From Thalia democratica (Eukaryota): a stretch of 64,000 bases of DNA. Positions 39,401-51,900 of this stretch are shown one piece after another (position 1 is the stretch's first letter; every line of letters begins with the position of its first letter). Under the pieces are notes generated by a model, which saw nothing but the letters and a program-made list of their open reading frames with translations, was not told the origin of the DNA and searched no databases. Both the position numbers and the translations under genes were made by a program. The stretch covers positions 31,062,001 through 31,126,000 of the forward strand of contig OZ241829.1 in NCBI GenBank assembly GCA_965202585.1. Reading direction: 5' to 3'.

Positions 39401-42400
39401 CAAACTTCCGCAGCTACCAGCGCAATGACGGATCGTTCAGCGCTTTCGGCAAAAGAGACGATCACGGGTCGCTGTGGCTGACCACTTTCGTAACGAAGGT
39501 CTTCTCGCACGCCCGGGGCCTGGACGCTGGGATCGAAGATCAAATTCAACAGCACGTGGACAGGGCTCGTAGTTACATTCTACGTCAGTATCAAGACGGA
39601 AAGTTTGTCGAAGAGGGCAAACTGTGGAACAAAAATTTGCAGGTAGGTTTTGTACTATAATAAGTTTCCATAAATCGTAGTTGTTTGGTTTAAAGTTTGT
39701 AATGTTATTGCCTTCTGCAAAGCTTAATAATGGTTATCTATTAGATTTAGATTTTTTTAAACAAGATACCGGCAGATCTGGATCTAAGCAGAAAAATGGT
39801 CGGATCCAGTCGGATTTTAATCTTAGATCTGATGGATCACTATTTAGAATTTTTGCACATTACACTAAACCATGATTAAATACACAGAGTTCTTTTTGCA
39901 TTAAAAAAACGAGATACTAATAATTTTGTTACAGAAGTATTAATTATTGAACTTTATAAACTAATTACACTCATTTTATATAGCTTTAAAATCAAACTAT
40001 GTACAAAAAACACTTTCAAACATTCTAAAAACATCTTAAGTGTAACAACAAATTTGATCAGTAATAATTTTTTTAAATAAATACATAGTTATAGATCAGA
40101 ATAAATTGGTGTACATTATACAATAAATAAAACAAAACTGATCTGTATGAAACAAAACAATTCTTGGTATAACTAGATAAATGTCGTAGTTCAATCTTTT
40201 GTAATAGTTTAGTAACAGTGATGAATGGAAATTAGAAAATCTAGTAGCGTTTCTTTTATAATTAAAATATGACACTTTTAAATTTTGTTATACTTTGTAA
40301 AATAATGCAAAAAGCACTTTTGGTCAGAGATAAGCATCTTTTTCAGTCAGCGGGCTTAATTTTTTTTGAAATAAAAATTAAAAATAAATTAATATTAATA
40401 AAATCATATTTCATGGGTTAAACTTGTTACTGACCCTAATATACCTGGTGTATGTTTTAAACCTTGAACAAGTATTTTTTTTCTTAAATGCGTTCTTGTG
40501 GTTCAAGTTAAAAAAATGGCTGTAGTTCTTTTTAATTGGGATTCGACCGGATCCGGTTCCAATAAAAAACGGCCGAATTTAGCCTGATTCGGATCCGGTA
40601 GTTATTATAATAAATGGTTTTTACAGAAATAACAAGTCATTAGCTTAATTTATCAATACAGTATTTACCATTTTACAATAGTTGTTTAAGATGTTATTAA
40701 GTAAAGCTATTATGTTATATTTGCTCTATGTTATGTTTAATATTATTTAAAAAAGTAGTATGATATTTTTCAGGGTGGAGTTAACAGCGATTTGACAATG
40801 TCAGCTTATGTAGCGATTGCTTTTCTAGAAAGTTGGCCTGAGGTAAAGTTTGTTAAACAAAAACACAAATAATAATAATAAATGTTGATCTAATTTATTT
40901 TTAGCACCATAATCTAAGTTTAAATAGTTTAATATATAAATAACATTATATCGAAACATTTTAATCAATATTATTTTTGTAACAAATAAATTTTTACGAG
41001 TTTTACTTTAAAAACAGCCGTACGCTACATACTTTTTTTCTTTTTTTATGATCTTTTCGCAGTAATAATAGTTTTTATGATTTATATTTTTTAAAATTTA
41101 GATTAATAAACAGGACGAACCAAAAGATTTAAAGATATTTTCTAAGATAAGAACTAAACTGGAAAGAAACTTAGTTTCAGTTAGCGACAAACCCTATGAG
41201 CTTTCAATTTTGACTTACGCACTGCATTTGTTAGAAAGCGACTATATTGACGACGCTTTTGCAATGTTGGAAGCCATTAAAGTTAACGAAGGTACTTTCA
41301 CTTCATATTTTTATTCAATTATGAATTAAGTTTTCGACTAAAACTAAAACTACAATTATACAAGGTGCGAACACTTACTGGGGCGAAAAAGACTCATCGT
41401 CTACAAAATACAAGGAGTCTTACAGATCTCACTACCACAAAGAGTCCAGCAAAAACGTGGAAACTACGTCATACGCGCTGCTGACGTACGTGTATCGCGG
41501 ATTGAAAGTTGAAGCGCTGCCCATTTTGAAGTGGCTCGCGTCCAAGAGGAACGCTTTTGGAGGTTACAGCAACACCCAGGTAACTAAGTTACAATTTTCA
41601 CGAATAAAATTAGAAAGAATAAACTTTTTTACGCTTACAATGAATATAATAAATAATTTTAAACATTTGACACGAAAAACAACAGAGTTTATCCATTAAG
41701 GATTTAAGGATTTATGCAGACTAGTTTTCTTTATAAATTCTATATTATCCAAACTGATGACAGATAACGGAGCTGCAAAACTTTCGATAAAATAAGTTTT
41801 GCATAGGTTTTAATTAAACTACAAGTATTGTTAGTATTATAGTCGAGCTTTTTATGAATAGTCCTGGACAAGACTTTAGATGGTATCCAAGTGGTTTACG
41901 ACTCAATAGTCAAAAGGTTTTTCGTTTACCATGTCCTACGACCAAATATTTTGAGCAATTTTTTTCATCTTTAAATAAAAAATATACAGTGCACAAAATA
42001 ACTTTTATTTTAGGACACAGTGATTGCAATTCAAGCGATGTCGGCCTTTGCAAGTGAAATATCATTCGGCGAACAAAATCTGAACGTTATGTTTACACAA
42101 GGAACATCTAACCGAAATATCAACCTCAACAAAAACAACTTCCAAGTTCTATCTCAATTTGATGTTAGTGACCTCAATTAGTTTGTTGAACTATAATGTT
42201 CAAAAATATTTTCTATGATAGAAAAAAAAGAAAAACTATATGATGGTGATAAAAGCATAAATACTACAAAAATTGTATTATGTTATTTATATAAAAAAAG
42301 CAAAAAAAAATTATGCGGGAGTTATTTTCAGTGTTGGAGTTTTTCTTTCATTTTAAAGAAAGCGACCAAAAGTAAATAAAAACAAATTATTTTAAAAGCT

Positions 42401-45400
42401 TGAAGCTGACACGGGTTACGTGATGGTGGAAGCAAGCGGTTCTGGTATGGGCGTGGCACAACTGTCTATCTGCTACAACCAAGTAGAATCCCCTTATGAG
42501 CAATCTCCTTTCCAATGTGACTTGAACAATTACGACCACAGCTTAGACCATGCCAGATTGGACCTTTGTTGCAGGTAGGCCATGTTAATTGTTATATTTT
42601 AGAATAAATTAATTAAATTGTAAAGAATTTTAAAAAGTTAAGCTTTAATTTTTTTTAAGTCGCACTTGATTTTCATATTAATGATTGTGGTTAGAAAAAT
42701 ATACTAATGCAGACAAGTATTATATGAGAAGTTGAGACATGAGTTGTATCTTTAGAAATTTATAAATAACTTTTTATTTTTAATAATTTAATTACTGTTA
42801 ATGTTTAAACTAATTTCATGTTTTTTAAATTGTCCTTTTTTTAAATAAATATTTATTTTAATTCAAACCATGTAAACAAACAGTCTGAGCAACTCGTCAG
42901 ACGAAGCAACTGGAATGCTGTTGTACAAATACCAGCTTCCGAGCGGCTTCAGTTACAAACCACTTGGTGAGTTTGAAGCGATGGTTATACAGATACCGGT
43001 TTGGGATGATAGCATGAAATTTCTCAGCATAGGCGGCGCAGAACCAAAGAAAATTGAAATGCAAAAAGACACTCTTAATGTTTATTTCGATGAGGTTTAT
43101 TTCTTAATATTATATTATGTACTTATTATTTTAAATTTTGTGTCTGCTTTAAAATTCATTGTTTGTTTTTTTTCTAAAACTTTAGTCCAACTCAAGTTTT
43201 AGAATCATTTTTTTCAGTTGAGTGGTGAAGACAAAGTATGCAACCATATTCGATTAGAGAGAACTCAGAAGGTAGCATCGACACAGCCTGGATCTATAAC
43301 AGTGATGGACTATTATAAACCAAGTAATAAAGTGATAGCATTAATAGACTTACTTTCTTTAAAATAAACTAAAAATCAAGCAAAAATATATTTAACAGTT
43401 TTTATCAAGTTTTGACACAAACATGTTGAGTCCAATAACACAGAGTTTTTTCAATACACAGAGTTAAATGTTTTAAGAAAAACTAGTGGCTTGTTTAGCT
43501 AAATAAAAAAAAGATATATATCTTGCTTACGGAAAGAACTAAAATTAATTAAGTATTTGTTGGTTTTTTTTACATTATTTTTACATGGTTTGCAACTAAA
43601 AACTTACTTTATCTTGAAATATTTGCAAAATATTTAAAAAAACTAAATTTTCAACATTAGTTACAAAAGAAAACACTGCTAGAGAAAATGTTTTATTAAC
43701 AGAAAGGTCGTTCGTGATGCCCTACTCCTTACGAGCTCTGGAAACTTCAGATATTTGCCAAGTTTGTCCTGAATGTGGAGGTTGCGCAGGTAACAAATAA
43801 GACCAAATTATTTAAAAAAGTAAATAAGCTGCTTCTAATCATAAATGGTGCATTGACTACTTCAAACTCAAGTTTAAACAATTAATGTGTTTGTGTAAGC
43901 TGTTTTTAAAACAAATGCATGTTATAAGGCACATGTTATAGCATATTCTAACAAATTTTTAGTAATATTAGTATACAGTGTTTAAAATTTATACAAACAT
44001 ATACTTAAAGTTTAAAATAGTAAAACTTTATTTGTAGTTTTCACTTTGTATTCTAAATAAAACTTCCGTATAGCATACAAAAAAGCACCTGGATCACTGG
44101 ACTACTGTCCTCTATTTTGCAAAAATGATATTGACGATCGGGTTGCTGACAGTTGCCAAGGAAAGTTCTTCTCCAGTTGTCCGGGTAAGTTAAACATCAA
44201 TACCTCAGATCACCACAAACTATACTAAATTTCCTTACATTGCTATACATAACTAGCTTTAATGTTTTAATCTAGTTACTTATGTTTGAAATTTTAAGAC
44301 ATGGATGACACAATGTGGGACGCGCTCGGTCCTGAACACCAGCGTGGCAGGGCTTTGGGCGAAGAATGCCACCTTGTGGACGGTCCCGAAAATCGCGTCT
44401 ACAGCGAGAAATTCCCAGGTATATTAGCTGTATTGAGTTTAGGTTTTAATAAAATTTATGGAACAAATCAAAATTTAAAAAAAGGTTAATTTTTTTTTTC
44501 TATTTTATCTTATATTTAATAACGTTTTACAAAAAAATGTCAAATAAAAAACTAAAATTTAAACTTGTTTATTCTAATTAATCACAGCCATGAACCTCGA
44601 CTTGAAAGAAGAAAAGCCATATTTGAACTGCAGTCGATTAGCGTTCGAACTTGAAAACGTTCCACAATTTTCATTTTCTTTTATTGTCAAGATGAACTCG
44701 TTTGGAAAGAAAACAACAAAAGTTTTTAACTATGGTAATAATGACCACAAAAGTTACAGGTCCACATTTTACATGTACCACACTTCCAGGTATGTTCTGC
44801 GGTTGAAACTACTTTATGAGTCTTACAAAATTTATTTTGTATTAAAAAGTAATCGAGTCTCGACTGTAAAACGTTTTGCAATTTTTTTAGGCCGCGGTCA
44901 GGTTTCAGATTATACATGCATAGGAACGGAAGAAGACATGGAGTTTTGAGAATCAAACCTTCGTTAGTTTATGTTGACCAAAAAAAACATTTAATAAACT
45001 TTAGTACGTCTTTCTGCAATCAAAATTTTTCTACTGAGTATTTATAGACAGTAGGAACTTTTAACTTACAACTACTTTTTTATATTAATCTGATTAAAAA
45101 AGCTTCAAATTTTATAAATCTATCAACTCATAGTGTAGGTAAAAAAAGATAAAGACTTGTGACCTGCTAGTTTTATGATTCTTTTTTTACTTTTTCGATA
45201 TTTTTCTTAAACTATATTTTATTGCATTAAAAATTTTGAACATATCTGATCGCATTTCTGGGAATTTTTAGGCTATTTGATAACAAGTTTGCACACGTTT
45301 TGATCACTTACGATGGCGAGCAAATGAAACTCTACGTGAATGGTCAGTCAACTGGTATCGCATACTCGGATACAAGAGCAGTGAGGTATCCTCGAGACGG

Positions 45401-46082
45401 TCCCAAGCAGTTTTTCTTCGGAAGAAACGCTAGATTTGGTGGAGTCAGAAGTAGACAAAGCAGAAATGGTGACATTTATTAAACATTTTGAATTATTTGT
45501 TTTAAAATTGTTAACTTTTCAAAAATGTAACTATTCGCCATTACTGTAAAGAAAAAGTTTTAGTTTAATTATGACTAGCTTTTTAAATTTCATTAAAAAA
45601 AAAGTTTTACTACTGAACTATTAAAAGTATAAATAGATTCACTCTACACTTCATATGAACTTAAGAAAATTAGTTAAAGTACAAAATAAATAACAAGTAA
45701 TTTTTAATTAAATCAGTTAATTTAAAACTGAACGTTTAAGTAGACTATGAACAACTAAAACTCTTCATAAATTTTATAAGAAATATTGCAATTTGTATAT
45801 ACAGAATTTCCTGGAAGTTTCTCTTCCTTGTTGTTCTGGAAGAAGGCGCTCACTTCCAACGACGTGTCATCAGTTTATGACATCTACAAGGAGGAGCTCA
45901 CTCAGGCGAATCGCGACAAAATGGTCCTTTACAATCCTCAAATGGCGCTTTTCCTGACGTCAGGGCGCAACTTGATGGCAGGTTGTTCACCGTTCCACAG
46001 CCTCCAGAACTTGGACACTTTCGTGAGAGTTAAAAAACTGTACAAGATCGCCGAAACCTGCCCTGCCCCTGTGCCATTTTAA
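36484..46082 (+). CDS. Thioester-containing protein (A2M/CD109/TEP family), 3' half: MG7-CUB-TED-MG8 plus Cys-rich segment and LamG-like domain
   Basis: 21 phase-consistent GT-AG exons: 36484-36598, 36775-36888, 37099-37317, 37527-37665, 37911-38106, 39414-39642, 40774-40842, 41114-41291, 41365-41579, 42014-42163, 42399-42574, 42884-42966, 43033-43094, 43218-43323, 43703-43789, 44074-44184, 44299-44418, 44588-44789, 44891-44962, 45272-45468 (or 45450), 45805-46082. Motifs: VPDTITSWEISAFAVS, NMPLKVIRGE, EPTGCGEQNM (37967-37981), YQRNDGSFSAFG, VETTSYALL, GGYSNTQDT, QLPSGF, VMDYYKP, DICQVCPEC. Confidence 0.93.
39760..40600. repeat. Probable decayed non-autonomous element in a TEP intron
   Basis: Two GC-richer clusters of GGATCC/AGATCT/CCGG palindromic motifs (39765-39838, 40537-40600) bracket AT-rich sequence. 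No TIR or TSD resolved. Confidence 0.3.
41862..41941 (+). repeat. Diverged third copy of the 76-bp repeat in a TEP intron (also in the duplicated and mirrored arms)
   Basis: TCCTGGACAAGACTTTAGATGGTATCCAAGTGGTTTACGAC..CAAAAGGTTTTTCGTTTACCATGTCCTAC, followed by GACCAAATATTTTGAGC, which closely matches copy 2 (GATCAAATATTTTGAGC). Confidence 0.7.
44588..45890 (+). CDS. LamG/concanavalin-A-like (pentraxin-type) domain exons at the TEP C-terminus
   Basis: FSFSFIVK, FAHVLITYDGEQMKLYVNG and FPGSFSSLLFWKKALTSNDVSSVY match the pattern F.....W.HVAVTYDG..LRLYVNG....F.G.I.EVRIW.RALS..EI..LY. Confidence 0.75.
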
Positions 46083-46225
46083 AATGCGTTTTTGAGCAAC
46101 TTAATTACTGTTGTTTTTATTCTATGTGTTTTTTTTACAATGTTTGATATTTAACGTGAAGATTTTATTCATTCTGTTAACTGTATATTTTTCGTTGCTG
46201 TACATATTCTAGTTAAACTTATAGA

Positions 46226-46231
46226 AATAAA
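46226..46231 (+). terminator. Candidate polyadenylation signal of the TEP gene
   Basis: AATAAA about 145 nt after the TAA at 46080-46082. The context is AT-rich, so it could be chance. Confidence 0.45.
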
Positions 46232-46337
46232 GGTTATTATAATTACATCGTTTACTTTACTGCAAGTAATATTTGATGTTTAAAAAAAGTATAAACTTTA
46301 AAAGAAATTTTTAGTAAATTTTTTTAAAAGTGTTGAT

Positions 46338-48823
46338 TTATGAAATAATAATAATAGAATAAATAGCAACTAAGATATTCTTAAAGTAAAGCGTATATAC
46401 GTATATAGTGTCTTTTTGCATTTCAATTTTCTTTGGTTCTGCGCCGCCTATGCTGAGAAATTTCATGCTATCATCCCAAACCGGTATCTGTATAACCATC
46501 GCTTCAAACTCACCAAGTGGTTTGTAACTGAAGCCGCTCGGAAGCTGGTATTTGTACAACAGCATTCCAGTTGCTTCGTCTGACGAGTTGCTCAGACTGT
46601 TTGTTTACATGGTTTGAATTAAAATAAATATTTATTTAAAAAAAGGACAATTTAAAAAACATGAAATTAGTTTAAACATTAACAGTAATTAAATTATTAA
46701 AAATAAAAAGTTATTTATAAATTTCTAAAGATACAACTCATGTCTCAACTTCTCATATAATACTTGTCTGCATTAGTATATTTTTCTAACCACAATCATT
46801 AATATGAAAATCAAGTGCGACTTAAAAAAAATTAAAGCTTAACTTTTTAAAATTCTTTACAATTTAATTAATTTATTCTAAAATATAACAATTAACATGG
46901 CCTACCTGCAACAAAGGTCCAATCTGGCATGGTCTAAGCTGTGGTCGTAATTGTTCAAGTCACATTGGAAAGGAGATTGCTCATAAGGGGATTCTACTTG
47001 GTTGTAGCAGATAGACAGTTGTGCCACGCCCATACCAGAACCGCTTGCTTCCACCATCACGTAACCCGTGTCAGCTTCAAGCTTTTAAAATAATTTGTTT
47101 TTATTTACTTTTGGTCGCTTTCTTTAAAATGAAAGAAAAACTCCAACACTGAAAATAACTCACGCATAATTTTTTTTTGCTTTTTTTATATAAATAACAT
47201 AATACAATTTTTGTAGTATTTATGCTTTTATCACCATCATATAGTTTTTCTTTTTTTTCTATCATAGAAAATATTTTTGAACATTATAGTTCAACAAACT
47301 AATTGAGGTCACTAACATCAAATTGAGATAGAACTTGGAAGTTGTTTTTGTTGAGGTTGATATTTCGGTTAGATGTTCCTTGTGTAAACATAACGTTCAG
47401 ATTTTGTTCGCCGAATGATATTTCACTTGCAAAGGCCGACATCGCTTGAATTGCAATCACTGTGTCCTAAAATAAAAGTTATTTTGTGCACTGTATATTT
47501 TTTATTTAAAGATGAAAAAAATTGCTCAAAATATTTGGTCGTAGGACATGGTAAACGAAAAACCTTTTGACTATTGAGTCGTAAACCACTTGGATACCAT
47601 CTAAAGTCTTGTCCAGGACTATTCATAAAAAGCTCGACTATAATACTAACAATACTTGTAGTTTAATTAAAACCTATGCAAAACTTATTTTATCGAAAGT
47701 TTTGCAGCTCCGTTATCTGTCATCAGTTTGGATAATATAGAATTTATAAAGAAAACTAGTCTGCATAAATCCTTAAATCCTTAATGGATAAACTCTGTTG
47801 TTTTTCGTGTCAAATGTTTAAAATTATTTATTATATTCATTGTAAGCGTAAAAAAGTTTATTCTTTCTAATTTTATTCGTGAAAATTGTAACTTAGTTAC
47901 CTGGGTGTTGCTGTAACCTCCAAAAGCGTTCCTCTTGGACGCGAGCCACTTCAAAATGGGCAGCGCTTCAACTTTCAATCCGCGATACACGTACGTCAGC
48001 AGCGCGTATGACGTAGTTTCCACGTTTTTGCTGGACTCTTTGTGGTAGTGAGATCTGTAAGACTCCTTGTATTTTGTAGACGATGAGTCTTTTTCGCCCC
48101 AGTAAGTGTTCGCACCTTGTATAATTGTAGTTTTAGTTTTAGTCGAAAACTTAATTCATAATTGAATAAAAATATGAAGTGAAAGTACCTTCGTTAACTT
48201 TAATGGCTTCCAACATTGCAAAAGCGTCGTCAATATAGTCGCTTTCTAACAAATGCAGTGCGTAAGTCAAAATTGAAAGCTCATAGGGTTTGTCGCTAAC
48301 TGAAACTAAGTTTCTTTCCAGTTTAGTTCTTATCTTAGAAAATATCTTTAAATCTTTTGGTTCGTCCTGTTTATTAATCTAAATTTTAAAAAATATAAAT
48401 CATAAAAACTATTATTACTGCGAAAAGATCATAAAAAAAGAAAAAAAGTATGTAGCGTACGGCTGTTTTTAAAGTAAAACTCGTAAAAATTTATTTGTTA
48501 CAAAAATAATATTGATTAAAATGTTTCGATATAATGTTATTTATATATTAAACTATTTAAACTTAGATTATGGTGCTAAAAATAAATTAGATCAACATTT
48601 ATTATTATTATTTGTGTTTTTGTTTAACAAACTTTACCTCAGGCCAACTTTCTAGAAAAGCAATCGCTACATAAGCTGACATTGTCAAATCGCTGTTAAC
48701 TCCACCCTGAAAAATATCATACTACTTTTTTAAATAATATTAAACATAACATAGAGCAAATATAACATAATAGCTTTACTTAATAACATCTTAAACAACT
48801 ATTGTAAAATGGTAAATACTGTA
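46338..48823 (-). pseudogene. Inverted partial TEP copy truncated inside MG8, ending at the assembly gap
   Basis: 46407-48823 is the reverse complement of 40657-43073 (coordinate sum 89480). The frame continues past the breakpoint as IYVYTLYFKNILVAIYSIIIIS-stop. Confidence 0.85.
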
Positions 48824-48923
48824 NNNNNNNNNNNNNNNNNNNNNNNNNNNNNNNNNNNNNNNNNNNNNNNNNNNNNNNNNNNNNNNNNNNNNNNNNNNNN
48901 NNNNNNNNNNNNNNNNNNNNNNN
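48824..48923. other. Assembly gap (100 N)
   Basis: Run of exactly 100 N, typical of a scaffolding placeholder. Confidence 0.98.
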
Positions 48924-51900
48924 GAAAGTTTGTCGAAGAGGGCAAACTGTGGAACAAAAATTTGCAGGTAGGTTTTGTACTATAATAAGTTTCCATAAAT
49001 CGTAGTTGTTTGGTTTAAAGTTTGTAATGTTATTGCCTTCTGCAAAGCTTAATAATGGTTATCTATTAGATTTAGATTTTTTTAAACAAGATACCGGCAG
49101 ATCTGGATCTAAGCAGAAAAATGGTCGGATCCAGTCGGATTTTAATCTTAGATCTGATGGATCACTATTTAGAATTTTTGCACATTACACTAAACCATGA
49201 TTAAATACACAGAGTTCTTTTTGCATTAAAAAAACGAGATACTAATAATTTTGTTACAGAAGTATTAATTATTGAACTTTATAAACTAATTACACTCATT
49301 TTATATAGCTTTAAAATCAAACTATGTACAAAAAACACTTTCAAACATTCTAAAAACATCTTAAGTGTAACAACAAATTTGATCAGTAATAATTTTTTTA
49401 AATAAATACATAGTTATAGATCAGAATAAATTGGTGTACATTATACAATAAATAAAACAAAACTGATCTGTATGAAACAAAACAATTCTTGGTATAACTA
49501 GATAAATGTCGTAGTTCAATCTTTTGTAATAGTTTAGTAACAGTGATGAATGGAAATTAGAAAATCTAGTAGCGTTTCTTTTATAATTAAAATATGACAC
49601 TTTTAAATTTTGTTATACTTTGTAAAATAATGCAAAAAGCACTTTTGGTCAGAGATAAGCATCTTTTTCAGTCAGCGGGCTTAATTTTTTTTGAAATAAA
49701 AATTAAAAATAAATTAATATTAATAAAATCATATTTCATGGGTTAAACTTGTTACTGACCCTAATATACCTGGTGTATGTTTTAAACCTTGAACAAGTAT
49801 TTTTTTTCTTAAATGCGTTCTTGTGGTTCAAGTTAAAAAAATGGCTGTAGTTCTTTTTAATTGGGATTCGACCGGATCCGGTTCCAATAAAAAACGGCCG
49901 AATTTAGCCTGATTCGGATCCGGTAGTTATTATAATAAATGGTTTTTACAGAAATAACAAGTCATTAGCTTAATTTATCAATACAGTATTTACCATTTTA
50001 CAATAGTTGTTTAAGATGTTATTAAGTAAAGCTATTATGTTATATTTGCTCTATGTTATGTTTAATATTATTTAAAAAAGTAGTATGATATTTTTCAGGG
50101 TGGAGTTAACAGCGATTTGACAATGTCAGCTTATGTAGCGATTGCTTTTCTAGAAAGTTGGCCTGAGGTAAAGTTTGTTAAACAAAAACACAAATAATAA
50201 TAATAAATGTTGATCTAATTTATTTTTAGCACCATAATCTAAGTTTAAATAGTTTAATATATAAATAACATTATATCGAAACATTTTAATCAATATTATT
50301 TTTGTAACAAATAAATTTTTACGAGTTTTACTTTAAAAACAGCCGTACGCTACATACTTTTTTTCTTTTTTTATGATCTTTTCGCAGTAATAATAGTTTT
50401 TATGATTTATATTTTTTAAAATTTAGATTAATAAACAGGACGAACCAAAAGATTTAAAGATATTTTCTAAGATAAGAACTAAACTGGAAAGAAACTTAGT
50501 TTCAGTTAGCGACAAACCCTATGAGCTTTCAATTTTGACTTACGCACTGCATTTGTTAGAAAGCGACTATATTGACGACGCTTTTGCAATGTTGGAAGCC
50601 ATTAAAGTTAACGAAGGTACTTTCACTTCATATTTTTATTCAATTATGAATTAAGTTTTCGACTAAAACTAAAACTACAATTATACAAGGTGCGAACACT
50701 TACTGGGGCGAAAAAGACTCATCGTCTACAAAATACAAGGAGTCTTACAGATCTCACTACCACAAAGAGTCCAGCAAAAACGTGGAAACTACGTCATACG
50801 CGCTGCTGACGTACGTGTATCGCGGATTGAAAGTTGAAGCGCTGCCCATTTTGAAGTGGCTCGCGTCCAAGAGGAACGCTTTTGGAGGTTACAGCAACAC
50901 CCAGGTAACTAAGTTACAATTTTCACGAATAAAATTAGAAAGAATAAACTTTTTTACGCTTACAATGAATATAATAAATAATTTTAAACATTTGACACGA
51001 AAAACAACAGAGTTTATCCATTAAGGATTTAAGGATTTATGCAGACTAGTTTTCTTTATAAATTCTATATTATCCAAACTGATGACAGATAACGGAGCTG
51101 CAAAACTTTCGATAAAATAAGTTTTGCATAGGTTTTAATTAAACTACAAGTATTGTTAGTATTATAGTCGAGCTTTTTATGAATAGTCCTGGACAAGACT
51201 TTAGATGGTATCCAAGTGGTTTACGACTCAATAGTCAAAAGGTTTTTCGTTTACCATGTCCTACGACCAAATATTTTGAGCAATTTTTTTCATCTTTAAA
51301 TAAAAAATATACAGTGCACAAAATAACTTTTATTTTAGGACACAGTGATTGCAATTCAAGCGATGTCGGCCTTTGCAAGTGAAATATCATTCGGCGAACA
51401 AAATCTGAACGTTATGTTTACACAAGGAACATCTAACCGAAATATCAACCTCAACAAAAACAACTTCCAAGTTCTATCTCAATTTGATGTTAGTGACCTC
51501 AATTAGTTTGTTGAACTATAATGTTCAAAAATATTTTCTATGATAGAAAAAAAAGAAAAACTATATGATGGTGATAAAAGCATAAATACTACAAAAATTG
51601 TATTATGTTATTTATATAAAAAAAGCAAAAAAAAATTATGCGGGAGTTATTTTCAGTGTTGGAGTTTTTCTTTCATTTTAAAGAAAGCGACCAAAAGTAA
51701 ATAAAAACAAATTATTTTAAAAGCTTGAAGCTGACACGGGTTACGTGATGGTGGAAGCAAGCGGTTCTGGTATGGGCGTGGCACAACTGTCTATCTGCTA
51801 CAACCAAGTAGAATCCCCTTATGAGCAATCTCCTTTCCAATGTGACTTGAACAATTACGACCACAGCTTAGACCATGCCAGATTGGACCTTTGTTGCAGG

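Larger units (their letters stand above)
34805..43073 (+). repeat. Left arm (A) of a long inverted repeat
   Basis: Position x pairs with 98805-x throughout (for example ORFs 36631-36852 and 61953-62174). No indels seen, at least 5 substitutions. The outer end is not reached within the window. Confidence 0.95.
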
